Positions 50,844-63,100 of a DNA stretch of 64,000 bases are shown here, piece by piece. Location: assembly GCF_055900595.2 (NCBI RefSeq), contig NZ_CM148325.1. One strand, given 5' to 3'. The position numbers were made by a program, and so were the translations under genes. The notes beneath the pieces are model-generated. The model did not search any database and was not told the origin of the DNA. It saw only the letters and a program-made list of their open reading frames with translations. Position 1 is the stretch's first letter. Every line of letters begins with the position of its first letter.

Positions 50844-51743
50844 TTAACGCAATAATGGACAATCCGGTGGTAATCGACAGCGCAACGCCGCCGGAAGTAT
50901 TTCAATATGAAAGTTTTGCCCACTCAACGGTTCGCCATCAAGATTAAAGGTAATTTCGTGTGGTGCTTGTATATCGAACCACGCCGAAGCACCTTCGATA
51001 ATATTCGGGTTATCTTCGTCAGATTTTAAGGTTGATACGAGAGCCGGAAGAATTTCATCGCCGGTGAAAATGCGCAGTTGCAGTAAGCCGTCGTTAATTA
51101 ATGCGTTCGGGCACAATTGCTGACCGCCACCTGCCTGACGGCCGTTACCAATACCAATGACTAGTGCGTCACCTTGCCAGTGAAAGTTTTCACCGCGGAT
51201 TTCACAACGGTCCGGTTGCAGTGTATCCATGCGCATTAAGCCGTGAATGATGTAAGAGACGCCACCCAGCGCGGCTTTTAATTTTTCCGGCGTTTCTGTG
51301 GTAATACGTGTCCCAAACCCACCCGTTGCCATATTAATAAAACAGGTTTGCTTGTTGACCTGCGCCATATCAATCGCAATAGCGTCACCAGCAATTGCTA
51401 GTTTCAGCGCCTTATCCAGTGCCTCAGGTATACCCACGCTGGTCGCGAAATCGTTCGCTGTACCTAGTGGCAAAATCCCCAGCGCGGGTATGTCATCGCC
51501 CTCACACTGAATCAGCGCCGAGGAAACTTCATTAATAGTGCCATCGCCACCACCGGCAATTACCGTTGCGACGCCCAGCTTCCGGGCCTCTTCTACAAAT
51601 CGGGCGGCATCGCCTTTCTCCCAGGTGACCCGCACATGGATCGTCATTCCTTCCTCGCGCAACAGCATAATTGCTTCGCGCAAGGGTTGATTGTCAGTAC
51701 TTTTGCCGTTAAGAATCAGTAAGCTGGCGGGAAATTCTGCCAT
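50844..51743 (-). CDS. yegS: Lipid kinase YegS (diacylglycerol-kinase catalytic domain)
   Basis: 299 aa; GGDGT motif ([13 protein letters not shown]). Confidence 0.9.
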   Translation of the reverse strand: MAEFPASLLILNGKSTDNQPLREAIMLLREEGMTIHVRVTWEKGDAARFVEEARKLGVATVIAGGGDGTINEVSSALIQCEGDDIPALGILPLGTANDFATSVGIPEALDKALKLAIAGDAIAIDMAQVNKQTCFINMATGGFGTRITTETPEKLKAALGGVSYIIHGLMRMDTLQPDRCEIRGENFHWQGDALVIGIGNGRQAGGGQQLCPNALINDGLLQLRIFTGDEILPALVSTLKSDEDNPNIIEGASAWFDIQAPHEITFNLDGEPLSGQNFHIEILPAALRCRLPPDCPLLR

Positions 51744-52225
51744 AATCGTATGCCTTTATGATTGGTCTGTAGATAGTGTAGAGCAGAAAAGAAAAGGCGG
51801 AGTCAGAACAGGATGAAAATCGGAGGATAAAAAATCAGTTCAAGGATGGGGAATTCAGTGGTTACCAGTAAGGGGGGCAACGGTACACTCGGTTTTTATC
51901 GGCATAAATGATCACTGAAAGCACTTAAGCATTATTTTACTGTGGATTCAGCGTGGCAGCGAACATTAACGGTAGTCAGGGACAAACTTCAAAAGAGCAT
52001 ATGCATCATATTCAACAAAGCAATGGCATCCTCAATGTACGATTCCAATTATATTAAATAATTCCTATGAGGTTATCTGTGATAGGCCTCCATGTCTGTA
52101 TTTCCTACTTATGTAGGAAATTCTGCACAAAACATTTATTATAATCCTATTCAATAATGACAATGATGTCATTATTATATTTCAACACTAGAGAGTGTCG
52201 TTGGTGTTTAATGGGGGAAGGTGAG

Positions 52226-52543
52226 ATGAAAAAGACAGCTGCTATATCATTAATTAGTGTTTTTCTTATGTCTGGTTGTGCTGTGCATAATGATGAGACA
52301 AGTATCGGTAAATTCGGTCTTGCCTATAAAAGTAATATCCAGCGTAAACTCGATAACCAATACTACACTGAAGCCGAAGCATCTTTAGCCAGGGGCAGAA
52401 TATCTGGTGCGGAAAATATAGTGAAAAATGATGCAGCTAATTTCTGTGTTACTCAGGGCAAAAAAATGCAGATAGTTAACCTGAAGACTGAAGGGGCAGG
52501 ATTACATGGCGTCGCGCGTCTGACATTCAAATGTGGAGAGTGA
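52226..52543 (+). CDS. yegR: Lipoprotein YegR
   Basis: 105 aa from MKKTAAISLISVFLMSGCAV (lipobox); GGAAGGTGAG RBS; ORF-track start 52157 is an extension. Confidence 0.8.
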   Translation: MKKTAAISLISVFLMSGCAVHNDETSIGKFGLAYKSNIQRKLDNQYYTEAEASLARGRISGAENIVKNDAANFCVTQGKKMQIVNLKTEGAGLHGVARLTFKCGE

Positions 52544-52891
52544 GAATAGATTCAAGACTACCATGGACACATCCATTTTTATCTCTGATAAGGTATTCTT
52601 CAACACCATTATTGAATGTGAGTAATAATGACAAGCAGATAGATGAAACTACAGCAGAATTTTTATTTTATGCGGCTATCAGAAAATGATGGCATAAATA
52701 TTCCTATGCTTTAGCTTCATTTTTTGTAAGCGTCAAACATGCGCGTTCTGGCTGTGCGTAGCCGGACCCTGTGCGAGCACGATGCCGTTAAGTGAAAGGC
52801 ATCGTGCTATGAAGGGGAATTCTATCGATATGGTCAATGGAAGGAGGTAACCAGGTATGAATCCTTCCTTCTGTTTCATTGAATTACGCAT

Positions 52892-52978
52892 AAAAAATAA
52901 GCCCGTGTAAGGGAGATTACACAGGCTAAGGAGGTGGTTCCTGGTACAGCTAGCATTTTATGGGTTATGTTTTTCAGC
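52892..52978 (-). ncRNA. cyaR: CyaR (RyeE) Hfq-dependent sRNA
   Basis: Minus-strand sequence GCTGAAAAACATAACCCATAAAATGCTAGCTGTACCAGGAACCACCTCCTTAGCCTGTGTAATCTCCCTTACACGGGCTTATTTTTT matches CyaR as I remember it, including the terminator hairpin and U-tail; located just downstream of yegQ as in K-12. Confidence 0.85.
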
Positions 52979-53062
52979 GGAACGGATGATAACCTTAATA
53001 ACTGCAGCTGTATGTGATCGGTTTCTAAGAATTTTCCATCCGGGAAAAATAATCGAAATTAA

Positions 53063-54424
53063 TCACTTACCGTGGGGGTTACGCGTGGTTTCCCCGGAGA
53101 AATTACGCATCAGCAGCGCGTAATTTAGCTCAAGATCCTGCGGGACCGGGATCCACACAGTATAACCATCGCCCGGTGCGACCGGCATTGCTTCGCCTTT
53201 GGCGTTTTCCATATGCTCAAGGGTAAAGTTAATGTTCCCTTGCGGCGTCATCAGCTCAAGGCTGTCGCCAACGGAGAATTTATTTTTCACCGCTACCGCC
53301 GCGAGGTCGCCCTTGCGCTCACCGGTAAACTCACCAACAAACTGCTGGCGGTCAGAAACTGAATAACCGTATTCGTAGTTCTGATAATCGTCGTGAGTAT
53401 GACGACGCAGGAAACCTTCGGTATAGCCACGATGCGCCAGACCTTCCAGAGTTTCCAGCAGGCTGGTATCGAATGGTTTTCCCGCAGCTGCGTCATCGAT
53501 AGCTTTACGGTAAACCTGCGCGGTGCGTGCGCAATAGTAGAAAGATTTTGTACGACCTTCGATTTTCAGCGAATGCACGCCCATTTTGGTCAGGCGTTCA
53601 ACGTGGGCAATGGCGCGCAAATCTTTTGAGTTCATGATGTAAGTGCCGTGCTCATCTTCAAACGCGGTCATATACTCGCCCGGACGCTGGGCTTCTTCGA
53701 TCATAAACACTTTGTCGGTTGGCGCGCCGATACCCAGCGTCGGCTCAACGTTTTGCACCGGAATTGGTTCGTACTTGTGAACGATGTTGCCAACGTCATC
53801 TTCTTTACCTTCCTGGACGTTGTACTCCCAGCGGCAGGCGTTGGTGCAGGTGCCCTGGTTCGGGTCGCGCTTGTTGATATAGCCAGAGAGCAGGCAGCGA
53901 CCGGAGTAGGCCATGCACAGCGCGCCGTGAACGAAGATCTCTACCTCCATATCCGGCACCTGATTGCGGATCTCTTCAATCTCTTCCAGCGACAGCTCGC
54001 GAGAGAGGATCACACGGGTCAGGCCCATTTGCTGCCAGAATTTCACCGTCGCCCAGTTCACGGCGTTAGCCTGTACCGAGAGATGGATCGGCATTTCAGG
54101 GAAGTGCTCACGCACCAGCATAATCAGCCCTGGATCGGACATAATCAGCGCATCCGGCCCCATTTCCACCACCGGTTTCAGGTCACGGATAAAGGTTTTC
54201 AACTTAGCGTTGTGCGGTGCAATGTTGACCACAACATAAAACTTTTTCCCCAGCGCGTGGGCTTCATTAATGCCGAGCTGGAGATTTTCGTGGTTGAATT
54301 CGTTGTTGCGCACACGCAGGGAGTAACGCGGCTGGCCCGCATAAACAGCATCTGCGCCATAAGCGAAAGCGTAACGCATATTTTTCAGCGTTCCCGCCGG
54401 GGAAAGGAGTTCCGGTTTAAACAT
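53063..54424 (-). CDS. yegQ: Peptidase U32-family protein YegQ (TrhP, tRNA ho5U34 hydroxylation)
   Basis: 453 aa, same length as K-12 YegQ; U32 family. Confidence 0.9.
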   Translation of the reverse strand: MFKPELLSPAGTLKNMRYAFAYGADAVYAGQPRYSLRVRNNEFNHENLQLGINEAHALGKKFYVVVNIAPHNAKLKTFIRDLKPVVEMGPDALIMSDPGLIMLVREHFPEMPIHLSVQANAVNWATVKFWQQMGLTRVILSRELSLEEIEEIRNQVPDMEVEIFVHGALCMAYSGRCLLSGYINKRDPNQGTCTNACRWEYNVQEGKEDDVGNIVHKYEPIPVQNVEPTLGIGAPTDKVFMIEEAQRPGEYMTAFEDEHGTYIMNSKDLRAIAHVERLTKMGVHSLKIEGRTKSFYYCARTAQVYRKAIDDAAAGKPFDTSLLETLEGLAHRGYTEGFLRRHTHDDYQNYEYGYSVSDRQQFVGEFTGERKGDLAAVAVKNKFSVGDSLELMTPQGNINFTLEHMENAKGEAMPVAPGDGYTVWIPVPQDLELNYALLMRNFSGETTRNPHGK

Positions 54425-54629
54425 AATTCTCTCGTTCTGATGACAGGTCAGATCCGCTTCACCTGATGAAGCGGTTAGGGGAGTGCCCCCACTTTAAGGG
54501 CGGGCATTGTAGCGCAATCGGTGGGGTTGACTCCAGTGACAATGTTAAGGGAAAGACTGAGCGCATTTATTTCGTTTTGATTCCGATAGTCGTCAGGTTC
54601 AATTGTTATCAGTTGACCTTAATTTGGTG

Positions 54630-56030
54630 TTAAAGAAAGGGAATATAACCCCATAACTTGTTGTGAAGTTCCGGATTGCAGGTAAAAAGCGCCTGAAGTT
54701 GCTGACGCTGAGGAGCATTTGGTTGAATGTCCGAAAGATTGAAATTGCGTTGCCATATCGCGAGCTGTTTACCTGCAAATTCTTCAGTTAGCTTGTGTTG
54801 CGATTGCAGAAGAAGAATTAAACAGGCCCATTTGTTCAAGTTATGATACAGCCGACAATATGCGCAAGCATGTTTAACTGATGGTGCGTTTTCCAGCAAC
54901 TGACGTATTTCCTCGAACGTGAGCGGAACTCGACACCATACACAGATGTTAACCATAAATCGAAGCCCGGAGGCGTCCGGGTTAGCCAGTGTGGTCAGAA
55001 TAATCCCTTTGACACCACCATCAGGATTGGCTTTCGCAAGAATATACATAGCGGCTAATCGCAGTGGGAATACATCCTGTGATAATCCCCATTCTGCCAG
55101 TTTTAAAATATTGGCATCATGAATGGAGTCCAGCCCGTATAAAGCTGCCCGGCGCTGTGAGGGAGTATATTCAGTCGAGGTGACAACATGACGCCAGAAT
55201 TGCACAACATCCATGACGTCATTAAGCATGTTTTTAGCGCGTAGACGGATCAACATATTGTTATCCAGCAGTAATGCGCTGTACAACGCCGGAGGAATTT
55301 CTATAGCTCGGTCAGTAAGGCTAAACAACGTTGCTTGTCGAATACGCGGCCAGCGGTCTTTTAACAGACGAGTTAATACCGCTTCGCTTAACGGTAATTG
55401 TTGACGCAGCCAGTGGGTGACCGCCAGCATTCGTAAACCTTCGTCGGGCTGCTTGAGTATTAAAAGCAGCGAAGATTCATCATTAAAGTAGCCATATTCA
55501 ATCAGCGTTTGTAATACTGCGCGGGAGAGTTTTTTATCAGGGCAAGTAAGCCAACACGTTAATTGTGGACGGCTATTTTCTGTCAATAAAAATCTAAGTA
55601 TCTCGTCTACAAATGCACGGTGATCGTAACGCTGGCATTGGAGAAGGTTACGTATCAAGGGAAGATTAACGGCAAATGCCGCTGCATTCTTATCCTTCTT
55701 TAAATGACGTAACGCTATGGTTGCAGCAAGGCGAACCTCTTTTACCCAGTCATTAGCTGCAAGTAATAATTCTTCTATAGCTGCAACATCCTCTTTTTGT
55801 CCCAGACATTGCACGGCCTTTTCTCGTATATATCCATTGTGGTGATGGGTAAGCTGGCAAAGAACCAGAGTATCGTTGAGATCACAATCATGCGCTATAT
55901 AATTGCCTGGATCGGCTATCATCGACTGGAGTTGTTGCTGGATAAGAAATAATTCACAGTCAACAGAATTATTCATTTCGACGTTAAACAAAACCCTGCG
56001 TGTAAATAATGTACGCAATCCTTTGAGCAT
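54630..56030 (-). CDS. HEAT-repeat protein of unknown function (466 aa), likely accessory
   Basis: Uninterrupted 1401-nt ORF with an AAGGA RBS; at least three PBS-lyase/HEAT-like repeat pairs; Cys-rich segment CVWCRVPLTFEEIRQLLENAPSVKHACAYCRLY; by-eye GC content below the flanking genes. Confidence 0.75.
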   Translation of the reverse strand: MLKGLRTLFTRRVLFNVEMNNSVDCELFLIQQQLQSMIADPGNYIAHDCDLNDTLVLCQLTHHHNGYIREKAVQCLGQKEDVAAIEELLLAANDWVKEVRLAATIALRHLKKDKNAAAFAVNLPLIRNLLQCQRYDHRAFVDEILRFLLTENSRPQLTCWLTCPDKKLSRAVLQTLIEYGYFNDESSLLLILKQPDEGLRMLAVTHWLRQQLPLSEAVLTRLLKDRWPRIRQATLFSLTDRAIEIPPALYSALLLDNNMLIRLRAKNMLNDVMDVVQFWRHVVTSTEYTPSQRRAALYGLDSIHDANILKLAEWGLSQDVFPLRLAAMYILAKANPDGGVKGIILTTLANPDASGLRFMVNICVWCRVPLTFEEIRQLLENAPSVKHACAYCRLYHNLNKWACLILLLQSQHKLTEEFAGKQLAIWQRNFNLSDIQPNAPQRQQLQALFTCNPELHNKLWGYIPFL

Positions 56031-56110
56031 AATTTTCCTTATCAGTTATGAGGAGAAAACTCATTTCATGATTAATAATTTCCTGAGGGATAGTAACTCT
56101 GTGATGAGAG

Positions 56111-56145
56111 AAAATAAAGCCGGACGCCAACAACCTACGCCCGGC
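56111..56145 (-). terminator. Rho-independent terminator of yegP
   Basis: Minus-strand hairpin gccgggcg...gcgtccggc followed by TTTATTTT, immediately after the yegP stop. Confidence 0.55.
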
Positions 56146-56152
56146 ATCGTAA

Positions 56153-56485
56153 TTACGTATTGTCTTTCACCGTCTGGCTTGTGCCATTGGCTTTAACGGA
56201 GGCAATTCCGGTTTCACGAGATTGCGCGGTGGCGTACATCTGGCTGGAGCCGATAATTTGATGATTGGCGGCTTTCAGATTGAAATAGAATTTGCCGTTG
56301 CTTGCTGTTTTTTTCTCATAGCGTTCTTCTTGTGGGCTGTTGCTACGCACTGACGCGATGCCCTTTTCCGCAGAGGCTTTTGAGGTATACAGCTCGCTGG
56401 TGAGGATAGTCTCACCATTGCCCGCTTTTAGCACAAACCGGAATTGATTATCACTGCTCCTACTGAGTTCAAACCAACCAGCCAT
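56153..56485 (-). CDS. yegP: UPF0339/DUF1508 tandem-domain protein YegP
   Basis: 110 aa from MAGWFELSRSSDNQFRFVLKAGNGETILTSELY...; internal tandem repeat of the DUF1508 unit; ORF-track start trimmed. Confidence 0.88.
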   Translation of the reverse strand: MAGWFELSRSSDNQFRFVLKAGNGETILTSELYTSKASAEKGIASVRSNSPQEERYEKKTASNGKFYFNLKAANHQIIGSSQMYATAQSRETGIASVKANGTSQTVKDNT

Positions 56486-56664
56486 AATGACTCCTTGATT
56501 GAAATTGCGTATCGAAAACAGCATCTAAAAGGACTGTTTGCCGATTAAAGTATGAGCGATTTTCAGGTGCTTGCCAGGGCGGAGAGATAATGTCAGATAG
56601 CCGACAATGCGCGGGATAATGCTGCCGGATGTGGCGTGAATGCCTTCTCCGGCAGGTAAAAATG

Positions 56665-57387
56665 TTAAACGATGCGGCAGGCGTCGGCTTCCCAGCGATA
56701 ACCGACACCGTAGACGGCGCGGATAAAAGACTGCTCTTCGTCCAGAGCTTCCAGCTTGCGACGCAGGTTTTTAATGTGGCTGTCGATGGTGCGGTCAGTT
56801 ACTACGCGGTAGTCGTCATAAAGGTGGTTCAACAACTGCTCACGGGAGAATACTTTTCCCGGTTCATGAGAGAGCGTTTTCAGCAGACGAAATTCCGCAG
56901 GCGTCAGGTCAAGCATTTTACCGCGCCATGAAGCCTGAAAACGACCTTCGTCGATAATCAACGGGCTTTCGGCATCCTGTTGCTGCAACTCGCGCTGCGG
57001 TTTGCAACGGCGCAAAATGGTTTTGACGCGCGCTACCACTTCCCGTGGACTGTACGGCTTACAGATATAATCATCTGCGCCAATCTCCAGCCCGAGCAGG
57101 CGGTCGATCTCTTCGATTTTTGCTGTCACCATCACGATCGGAATGTCAGAAAAACGACGAATTTCCCGACACAACGTCAGGCCATCGGTGCCAGGGAGCA
57201 TCAGATCCAACAGGATCAGATCCGGTGGTGTCTGGCGCACATATGGCAGTACCTGATCGCCGTGGCTGATAAGCGTCGGCGCATAGCTCGCAGCACGCAG
57301 ATAATCAATAAGCAACTGCCCCAGCTTCGGTTCATCTTCCACGATCAAAATACGTGGCGTGTTTTCGTCGATTGGTAACTCGGTCAT
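56665..57387 (-). CDS. baeR: OmpR-family response regulator BaeR
   Basis: 240 aa; receiver domain ([14 protein letters not shown]) plus winged-helix output domain. Confidence 0.92.
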   Translation of the reverse strand: MTELPIDENTPRILIVEDEPKLGQLLIDYLRAASYAPTLISHGDQVLPYVRQTPPDLILLDLMLPGTDGLTLCREIRRFSDIPIVMVTAKIEEIDRLLGLEIGADDYICKPYSPREVVARVKTILRRCKPQRELQQQDAESPLIIDEGRFQASWRGKMLDLTPAEFRLLKTLSHEPGKVFSREQLLNHLYDDYRVVTDRTIDSHIKNLRRKLEALDEEQSFIRAVYGVGYRWEADACRIV

Positions 57388-58787
57388 ACTTCTCTCTGTA
57401 AATCCCGTTCCAGCGGTAACTCTACTGTAATGCTTACCCCGCCAAAAGGCGAATGAGCGGCAACAATGCGACCATTATGTGCTTCAACAATGTTAAGACA
57501 AATCGCCAGCCCCAGGCCGGAACCGCTGCTGGCACGGTTGCGGGAACCTTCAGTGCGATAAAAACGCTCAAACAATTTTTGCAGTTGATCGTCACTAACG
57601 CCCGGTGCACTGTCGGCAAAGGTCAGGCGCACCGTTTTGTCATGTTGCTCGGCAGAGATATGCAGGCTGCCGCCGCTGTCGGTATAGCGCAGGCTGTTTT
57701 CCAGTAAGTTATTGAACAACTGCATTAAACGATCGCGATCGCCAAATACGGTAATGCTGTCTGGCAGGGAAAATTGCAGTTTCAGCCCGCGGCTGGCGAA
57801 ACGCTCACGAAATGCGCCACCCGCGACTTCCAGTAGCGGGATCAGATCCACCGACGATTTCTGGTAGGCGAGAGCGCCTTCATCAGACATCGACAATTGA
57901 TGAAGATCATCCACCAGTTTGGTCAGTGTACCGACCTCTGCCTGTAAAGAAGCCACCGTCTCCGGCGTGAATTTACGCACGCCATCCTGAATAGCTTCCA
58001 GTTCGCCGCGCAGTACCGCTAAAGGCGTGCGCAGCTCGTGGGAGATATCGGCCATAAAATCGCGGCGCATCTGTTGGTTTTTCTCCAGCGTGCTGGCGAG
58101 CTGGTTGAAGTCTTGCGCCAGTTTGCCCAATTCATCTTCACTGGTGGGCGTCACGCGAGTAGTGAAATCGCCCGCTGCCAGTTTGTGTGTACCGTCCACC
58201 AGTCGTTTGACCGGAGCCAGCAAACCGCGCGCCAGTGGGAATGTCGCCAGCGCCGCTAACAAGGTAGATAAAGCGACAATCAGCCAACTGGTTTGCCTCT
58301 GTTGTCTGTCAAAATTGATATCGGTATTGCGGGTCAGTCGTTCAACAGGGGAGGCGATCACCGCACCCACTTCCGCCCCATTGACCATAATGGGCCGCCG
58401 TGTGCCGTCTGGTGGAATCGGTGCTCGCGGGCCAACCAGCACTTTGTTGTTTTGATCAACCACCCAGAATTGCGTGCGCCAACCGTGTGGCGGCATACCG
58501 GGGCCGGGCTTATCTTCGTTGTTATCATGCTCCAGCGAACGTAGGATCTGAAATACAAAGCGATCGTTATTACGCAGGAAGCGCCAGTTCCCGTGCTGGG
58601 CGTACTGCTCACCAAGCGCATCGCCGAGCATTTGCAGCCGTTGTTCATTACCATGCTTGATGTAATCGATAAAGCCGCGCTCAAAACTGATACGTACCGC
58701 CCAGTGCATCGTGATCAATAAGACAATGCAGGTGGCGAAAATCGCCAGAAACAGTTTGCCGGTAATACCGGGTCGCCAGAACTTCAT
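57384..58787 (-). CDS. baeS: Envelope-stress sensor histidine kinase BaeS
   Basis: 467 aa; two TM segments, HAMP, H-box ([11 protein letters not shown]), ATPase domain; 4-bp overlap with baeR. Confidence 0.92.
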   Translation of the reverse strand: MKFWRPGITGKLFLAIFATCIVLLITMHWAVRISFERGFIDYIKHGNEQRLQMLGDALGEQYAQHGNWRFLRNNDRFVFQILRSLEHDNNEDKPGPGMPPHGWRTQFWVVDQNNKVLVGPRAPIPPDGTRRPIMVNGAEVGAVIASPVERLTRNTDINFDRQQRQTSWLIVALSTLLAALATFPLARGLLAPVKRLVDGTHKLAAGDFTTRVTPTSEDELGKLAQDFNQLASTLEKNQQMRRDFMADISHELRTPLAVLRGELEAIQDGVRKFTPETVASLQAEVGTLTKLVDDLHQLSMSDEGALAYQKSSVDLIPLLEVAGGAFRERFASRGLKLQFSLPDSITVFGDRDRLMQLFNNLLENSLRYTDSGGSLHISAEQHDKTVRLTFADSAPGVSDDQLQKLFERFYRTEGSRNRASSGSGLGLAICLNIVEAHNGRIVAAHSPFGGVSITVELPLERDLQREV

Positions 58788-60199
58788 TGCGCGCTCCTTT
58801 TTCGCCGCGAAATAGCGACATTTTGATGCGTATCGTTTGGCACTCTGGCAAAGATAAACGCCGGAAGGGCGATGATAAACGCCATGCTAAGCCAGGTGTA
58901 CATAAAGACGGTTTGTGTGGTGCCGCTGTCGACGCTGACATGCTGTGAACCAAAAAGTCCCAGCAACAGCCCGGCGATAGTGACGCCGATACTCATCGAC
59001 AATTGCATAATCATCGACAGCAGGCTGTTTCCGCTGCTCGCCAGATTGTCCGGGAGATCTTTCAGCGTCAGGGTGTTCATGGAGGAGAAACGCGTCGAGT
59101 TGACCATCCCTTGTAAAAACAGGACGAACGGCAAAACATAGTACCAGCCCAGCAGAGCAGTGGTCATAAATAGCAGGGTGACCAGCGACAGACCCAGCGT
59201 GGTCGCCACCAGTACCCGACGATAACCAAAGCTATTCACTACCTGTACCACAATTCGCTTCATCCCCATGCTGCCGAGCACCATCGGGATCATCATCAGT
59301 CCGGCATGAAACGGTGAGAAGCCAAGGCCAATTTGCAGGAAAACCGGCGTCATAAAGGGCAACATGCCGCTACCGATACGTCCGGCAAAACTCCCCGCCA
59401 GACCCAGCGAAAAAGTACGAGTACGGAACAGTTTCAGACTGAAAAGAGCGCGGTTGTTATTTCTGGCGTGCAGCAGATAAAGCACCAGTGCTACCACGCC
59501 AATCGCTGCCAGTCCGGCAATCGCCAGCGGTGAAAGTCCCGTGCCTTTACTGCCATCCAGCGCCAGCGTTAATACCGCCATGCCGACCGCCAGCAATAAA
59601 AAACCGGAGAGATCGAAACGCCGCGTCTGCATGGTGTAGTTTGGCATTAACATCAGCGTGGCGATCGCACCGATAATCCCTACCGGTATGTTGATCAAAA
59701 AGATCCAATGCCAGGACGCGTATTCCACCAGCAGGCCGCCGAGCGCCGGACCCAATAGTGGGCCGACCTGACCGGGCAGCGTAACAAAGGTCATCGCCGC
59801 CATATATTGCTCGCGCGGTACAATTTTCATCACCGTAAGCCTGCCGACCGGCACCATCATCGCGCCGCCAACGCCCTGTAACGCGCGTGCCAGCAACAGT
59901 TCGTTTAGCGTGGCAGAAAGCGCGCAAAACAGCGAACCGAGGGTAAACAGCACGATGGCGGTAAAGAAGATATTGCGTACGCCGACTTTGTCCGCCAGCC
60001 AGCCGCTGGCGGGCAGCATCACCGCCACGGTCAGTACATAAGATACGATGACCATGTGCATATGCAGCGGGCTTTCCCCGAGGCTTTGCGCCATTGAGGG
60101 AAGCGCGGTGTTAACGATGGTGGTGTCCAGCGACTGCATAAAGAAGCCGAAAGCCACAATCCACAATTGCCAGCGGGTGCTGTCGGGAAGATCTGTCAT
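58784..60199 (-). CDS. mdtD: MFS transporter MdtD
   Basis: 471 aa, 14-TM MFS pattern; 4-bp overlap with baeS. Confidence 0.9.
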   Translation of the reverse strand: MTDLPDSTRWQLWIVAFGFFMQSLDTTIVNTALPSMAQSLGESPLHMHMVIVSYVLTVAVMLPASGWLADKVGVRNIFFTAIVLFTLGSLFCALSATLNELLLARALQGVGGAMMVPVGRLTVMKIVPREQYMAAMTFVTLPGQVGPLLGPALGGLLVEYASWHWIFLINIPVGIIGAIATLMLMPNYTMQTRRFDLSGFLLLAVGMAVLTLALDGSKGTGLSPLAIAGLAAIGVVALVLYLLHARNNNRALFSLKLFRTRTFSLGLAGSFAGRIGSGMLPFMTPVFLQIGLGFSPFHAGLMMIPMVLGSMGMKRIVVQVVNSFGYRRVLVATTLGLSLVTLLFMTTALLGWYYVLPFVLFLQGMVNSTRFSSMNTLTLKDLPDNLASSGNSLLSMIMQLSMSIGVTIAGLLLGLFGSQHVSVDSGTTQTVFMYTWLSMAFIIALPAFIFARVPNDTHQNVAISRRKRSAQ

Positions 60200-63100
60200 T
60201 TACTCGGTTACCGTTTGTTTAGGTTTACGCGAAAAACGCAGCCGCAGACGGTCAAAAAAGAGATACACCACTGGCGTGGTATACAGCGTCAGGAGCTGGC
60301 TCATTACCAGACCGCCGACAATGGTGATCCCCAGGGGTTGGCGCAGCTCCGAGCCGTCACCGCCCGACAATACCAACGGCAGCGCACCAAACAGCGCCGC
60401 CAGGGTAGTCATCATAATCGGGCGAAAACGCAGCAGACAGGCCTGGAAAATAGCTTCCTGCGGCGTCAGGTTACCGTGCCGTTGGGCTTCGAGCGCAAAA
60501 TCGACCATCATAATGGCGTTTTTCTTCACGATGCCGATTAATAGCATGATCCCTATCAGGGCGATTAGGCTGAACGGGGCATTGAATAGCTCCAGCGCCA
60601 GCAGCGCCCCAACGCCCGCCGAGGGCAGGGTGGAGAGAATCGTCAGTGGATGCACGTAACTCTCGTAAAGGATACCCAGCACGATATACACCGTGGCGAT
60701 GGCTGCGATAATCAGGATTACCTGCGAGTTCATCGTCTCCTGGAATACCTGCGCTGTTCCGGCAAAACTGCCACGCACCGTCGAAGGCACACCAAGCTGG
60801 GTCATTGCGCGGTCGATCGCCGCACTGGCGTCCGAGAGCGATTTCCCGGTCGGCAGGTTAAACGAGATGGTCGAGGCCGCCGATAATCCCTGATGATTCA
60901 CCGACAGCGGGGCATTCGCCGGTTGCCATTTAGCGAAATATGACAGAGGGATCGCTTTTCCTTCGTTATTAATGACGAACATTTTTTCCAGTGCACTAAT
61001 GTCCTGGGTATAGCGTGGATCCACTTCCATCACCACTTTATACTGGTTCATGGGCTGGTAAATGGTCGAGATTTGCCGCTGACCGAAGGCGTTATTCAAC
61101 AGGCTGTTGGCGGCCTGCACGTCGATTCCCAGCCGTGCCATAGTGTCGCGGTCGTAAACCAGATTCATCTCCGCGCCGTTATCTTGCTGGTCGGAATTCA
61201 CGTCCGCCAGTTCCGGCAATGTCGCCAGTTTTTTGCGGATTTTCGGCTCCCATTCGCGCAGCGCCGCCAGGTCGTCGGAGAGCAACGTATACTGGTAACT
61301 GGCGTTCGACTGACGTCCGCCAACGCGAATATCCTGCACCGCCATCAGGAACAGATTCGCTCCCGGTTCTTTCGCCAGCTTCACCCGTAGACGGTCGATA
61401 ATTTGCTGCGCCGTTTCGCTGCGTTCGTCGCGTGGTTTGAGAGTGATAAACATCATCCCGCTGTTCACCCGCGAGCCACCGGTAAAGCCGGTGACATTAT
61501 CCACTGCCGGATCGTCACGGATAATTTTCATGAAATCCTGCAATTTGCCGCGCATCGCCTGAAACGAAATACTCTGATCCGCCTGTATCCCGCCCATCAG
61601 TACACCAGTGTCCTGCTCCGGGAAGAAGGTTTTCGGGATCGAGATATACAGCCAGATATTCAGCGCAATGGTGCCAAGCAGCACCACGCCCACCAGACGG
61701 GTATGATTGAGCACCCATTTCAGCGACTTGCCGTAGCCTTGTTGCAGAGCAACCAACATGCGACCAAAACCACGCAGACGCTTTTGCTCGCGCGGCTTGC
61801 TGGCTTTTAGCATCCAGCCGCACATCATCGGCGTTAACGTCAGGGAAACCAGCAACGAAATACCAATGGCGACAGAAAGCGTCACGGCAAATTCGCGTAA
61901 CAGTCGGCCCGGCAATCCGCCCATCAACAGCAGCGGCAGGAACACCGCCACCAGTGACAGACTCATCGACAGTACCGTAAAGCCGACTTCGCGAGTACCT
62001 TGCAGCGCGGCCTGTAGCGGTTTCATCCCCGCTTCCAGATGACGGGCAATGTTTTCCAGCACTACGATGGCGTCATCCACCACGAAACCAGTAGCGATGG
62101 TGAGCGCCATTAACGAAAGATTATTGAGACTGAAACCGCACAGGTACATCGCCGCAAACGTACCAATCAGCGAAACCGGCACCGCAACGGCGGGAATAAT
62201 AGTGGCGCGACCCGAGCGCAGGAATAAAAAGACCACCAGAATCACCAGCGCCACCGAGATAATCAGCGTTTGCTCGACTTCCTCCAGCGAGGCGCGAATG
62301 GTGGGGGAGCGATCCTGGGCAATTTGCAGATCAATCGCCGCCGGAATGGTCTCCTGCAACTCCGGTAATTTTGCCCGGATGCTGTCAACCGTCTGGATAA
62401 TATTGGCTTCCGGCAGCTTGCGGATCATCAGCAAAATAGCCGGTTTGGCGTTGGTCATCCCGGCGTTGCGCACATCCTGCACTGAGTCGGTCACCGTCGC
62501 TACATCGCCCAGACGAACCGCGCCGCCGTTGTTGTAATGAATAATCAGCGGTTGGTATTCGGTAGCGGTTTTTAGCTCATCATTGGTCTGTATCTGCCAG
62601 CGGTGAGTGCCATCTTCCAGCGCGCCCTGCGGTTTACGCACGTTGGCATTGCTGATGGCAGTGCGTACGTCGTCCAGCGACACGCCCTGATTAAACAGCG
62701 CCTGCGGGTTCAGCCCAACGCGCACGGCGGGCAACGAGCTGCCGCCGACATCGACATCACCGACACCGTCGATTTGCGAAATTGTCGGAGCCAGTTGCGT
62801 CGAGGCGAAATCGTACAGTTCACCCTGCGAATAAGTATCGGATGTCAGCGTGAGGATCATAATTGGCGCATCCGACGGGTTCGCTTTGCGATAGGTCGGA
62901 CGGCTGGGCATCCCACTGGGCAGCAAACTTTGTGCAGCGTTGATCGCCGCCTGCACATCGCGCGCTGCGCCGTTGATATCCCGATCAAAATCAAACTGCA
63001 AAATAATGCGCGTGCTGCCGAGCGAACTGCTGGAGGTCATTTCACTGACCCCGGCAATGCGCCCAAGTGAGCGCTCCAACGGAGTGGCAACGGAAGACGC

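Noticed and set aside
53648-54466. 272-aa plus-strand ORF
   Set aside because: Antisense within yegQ; no start context; shadow ORF.
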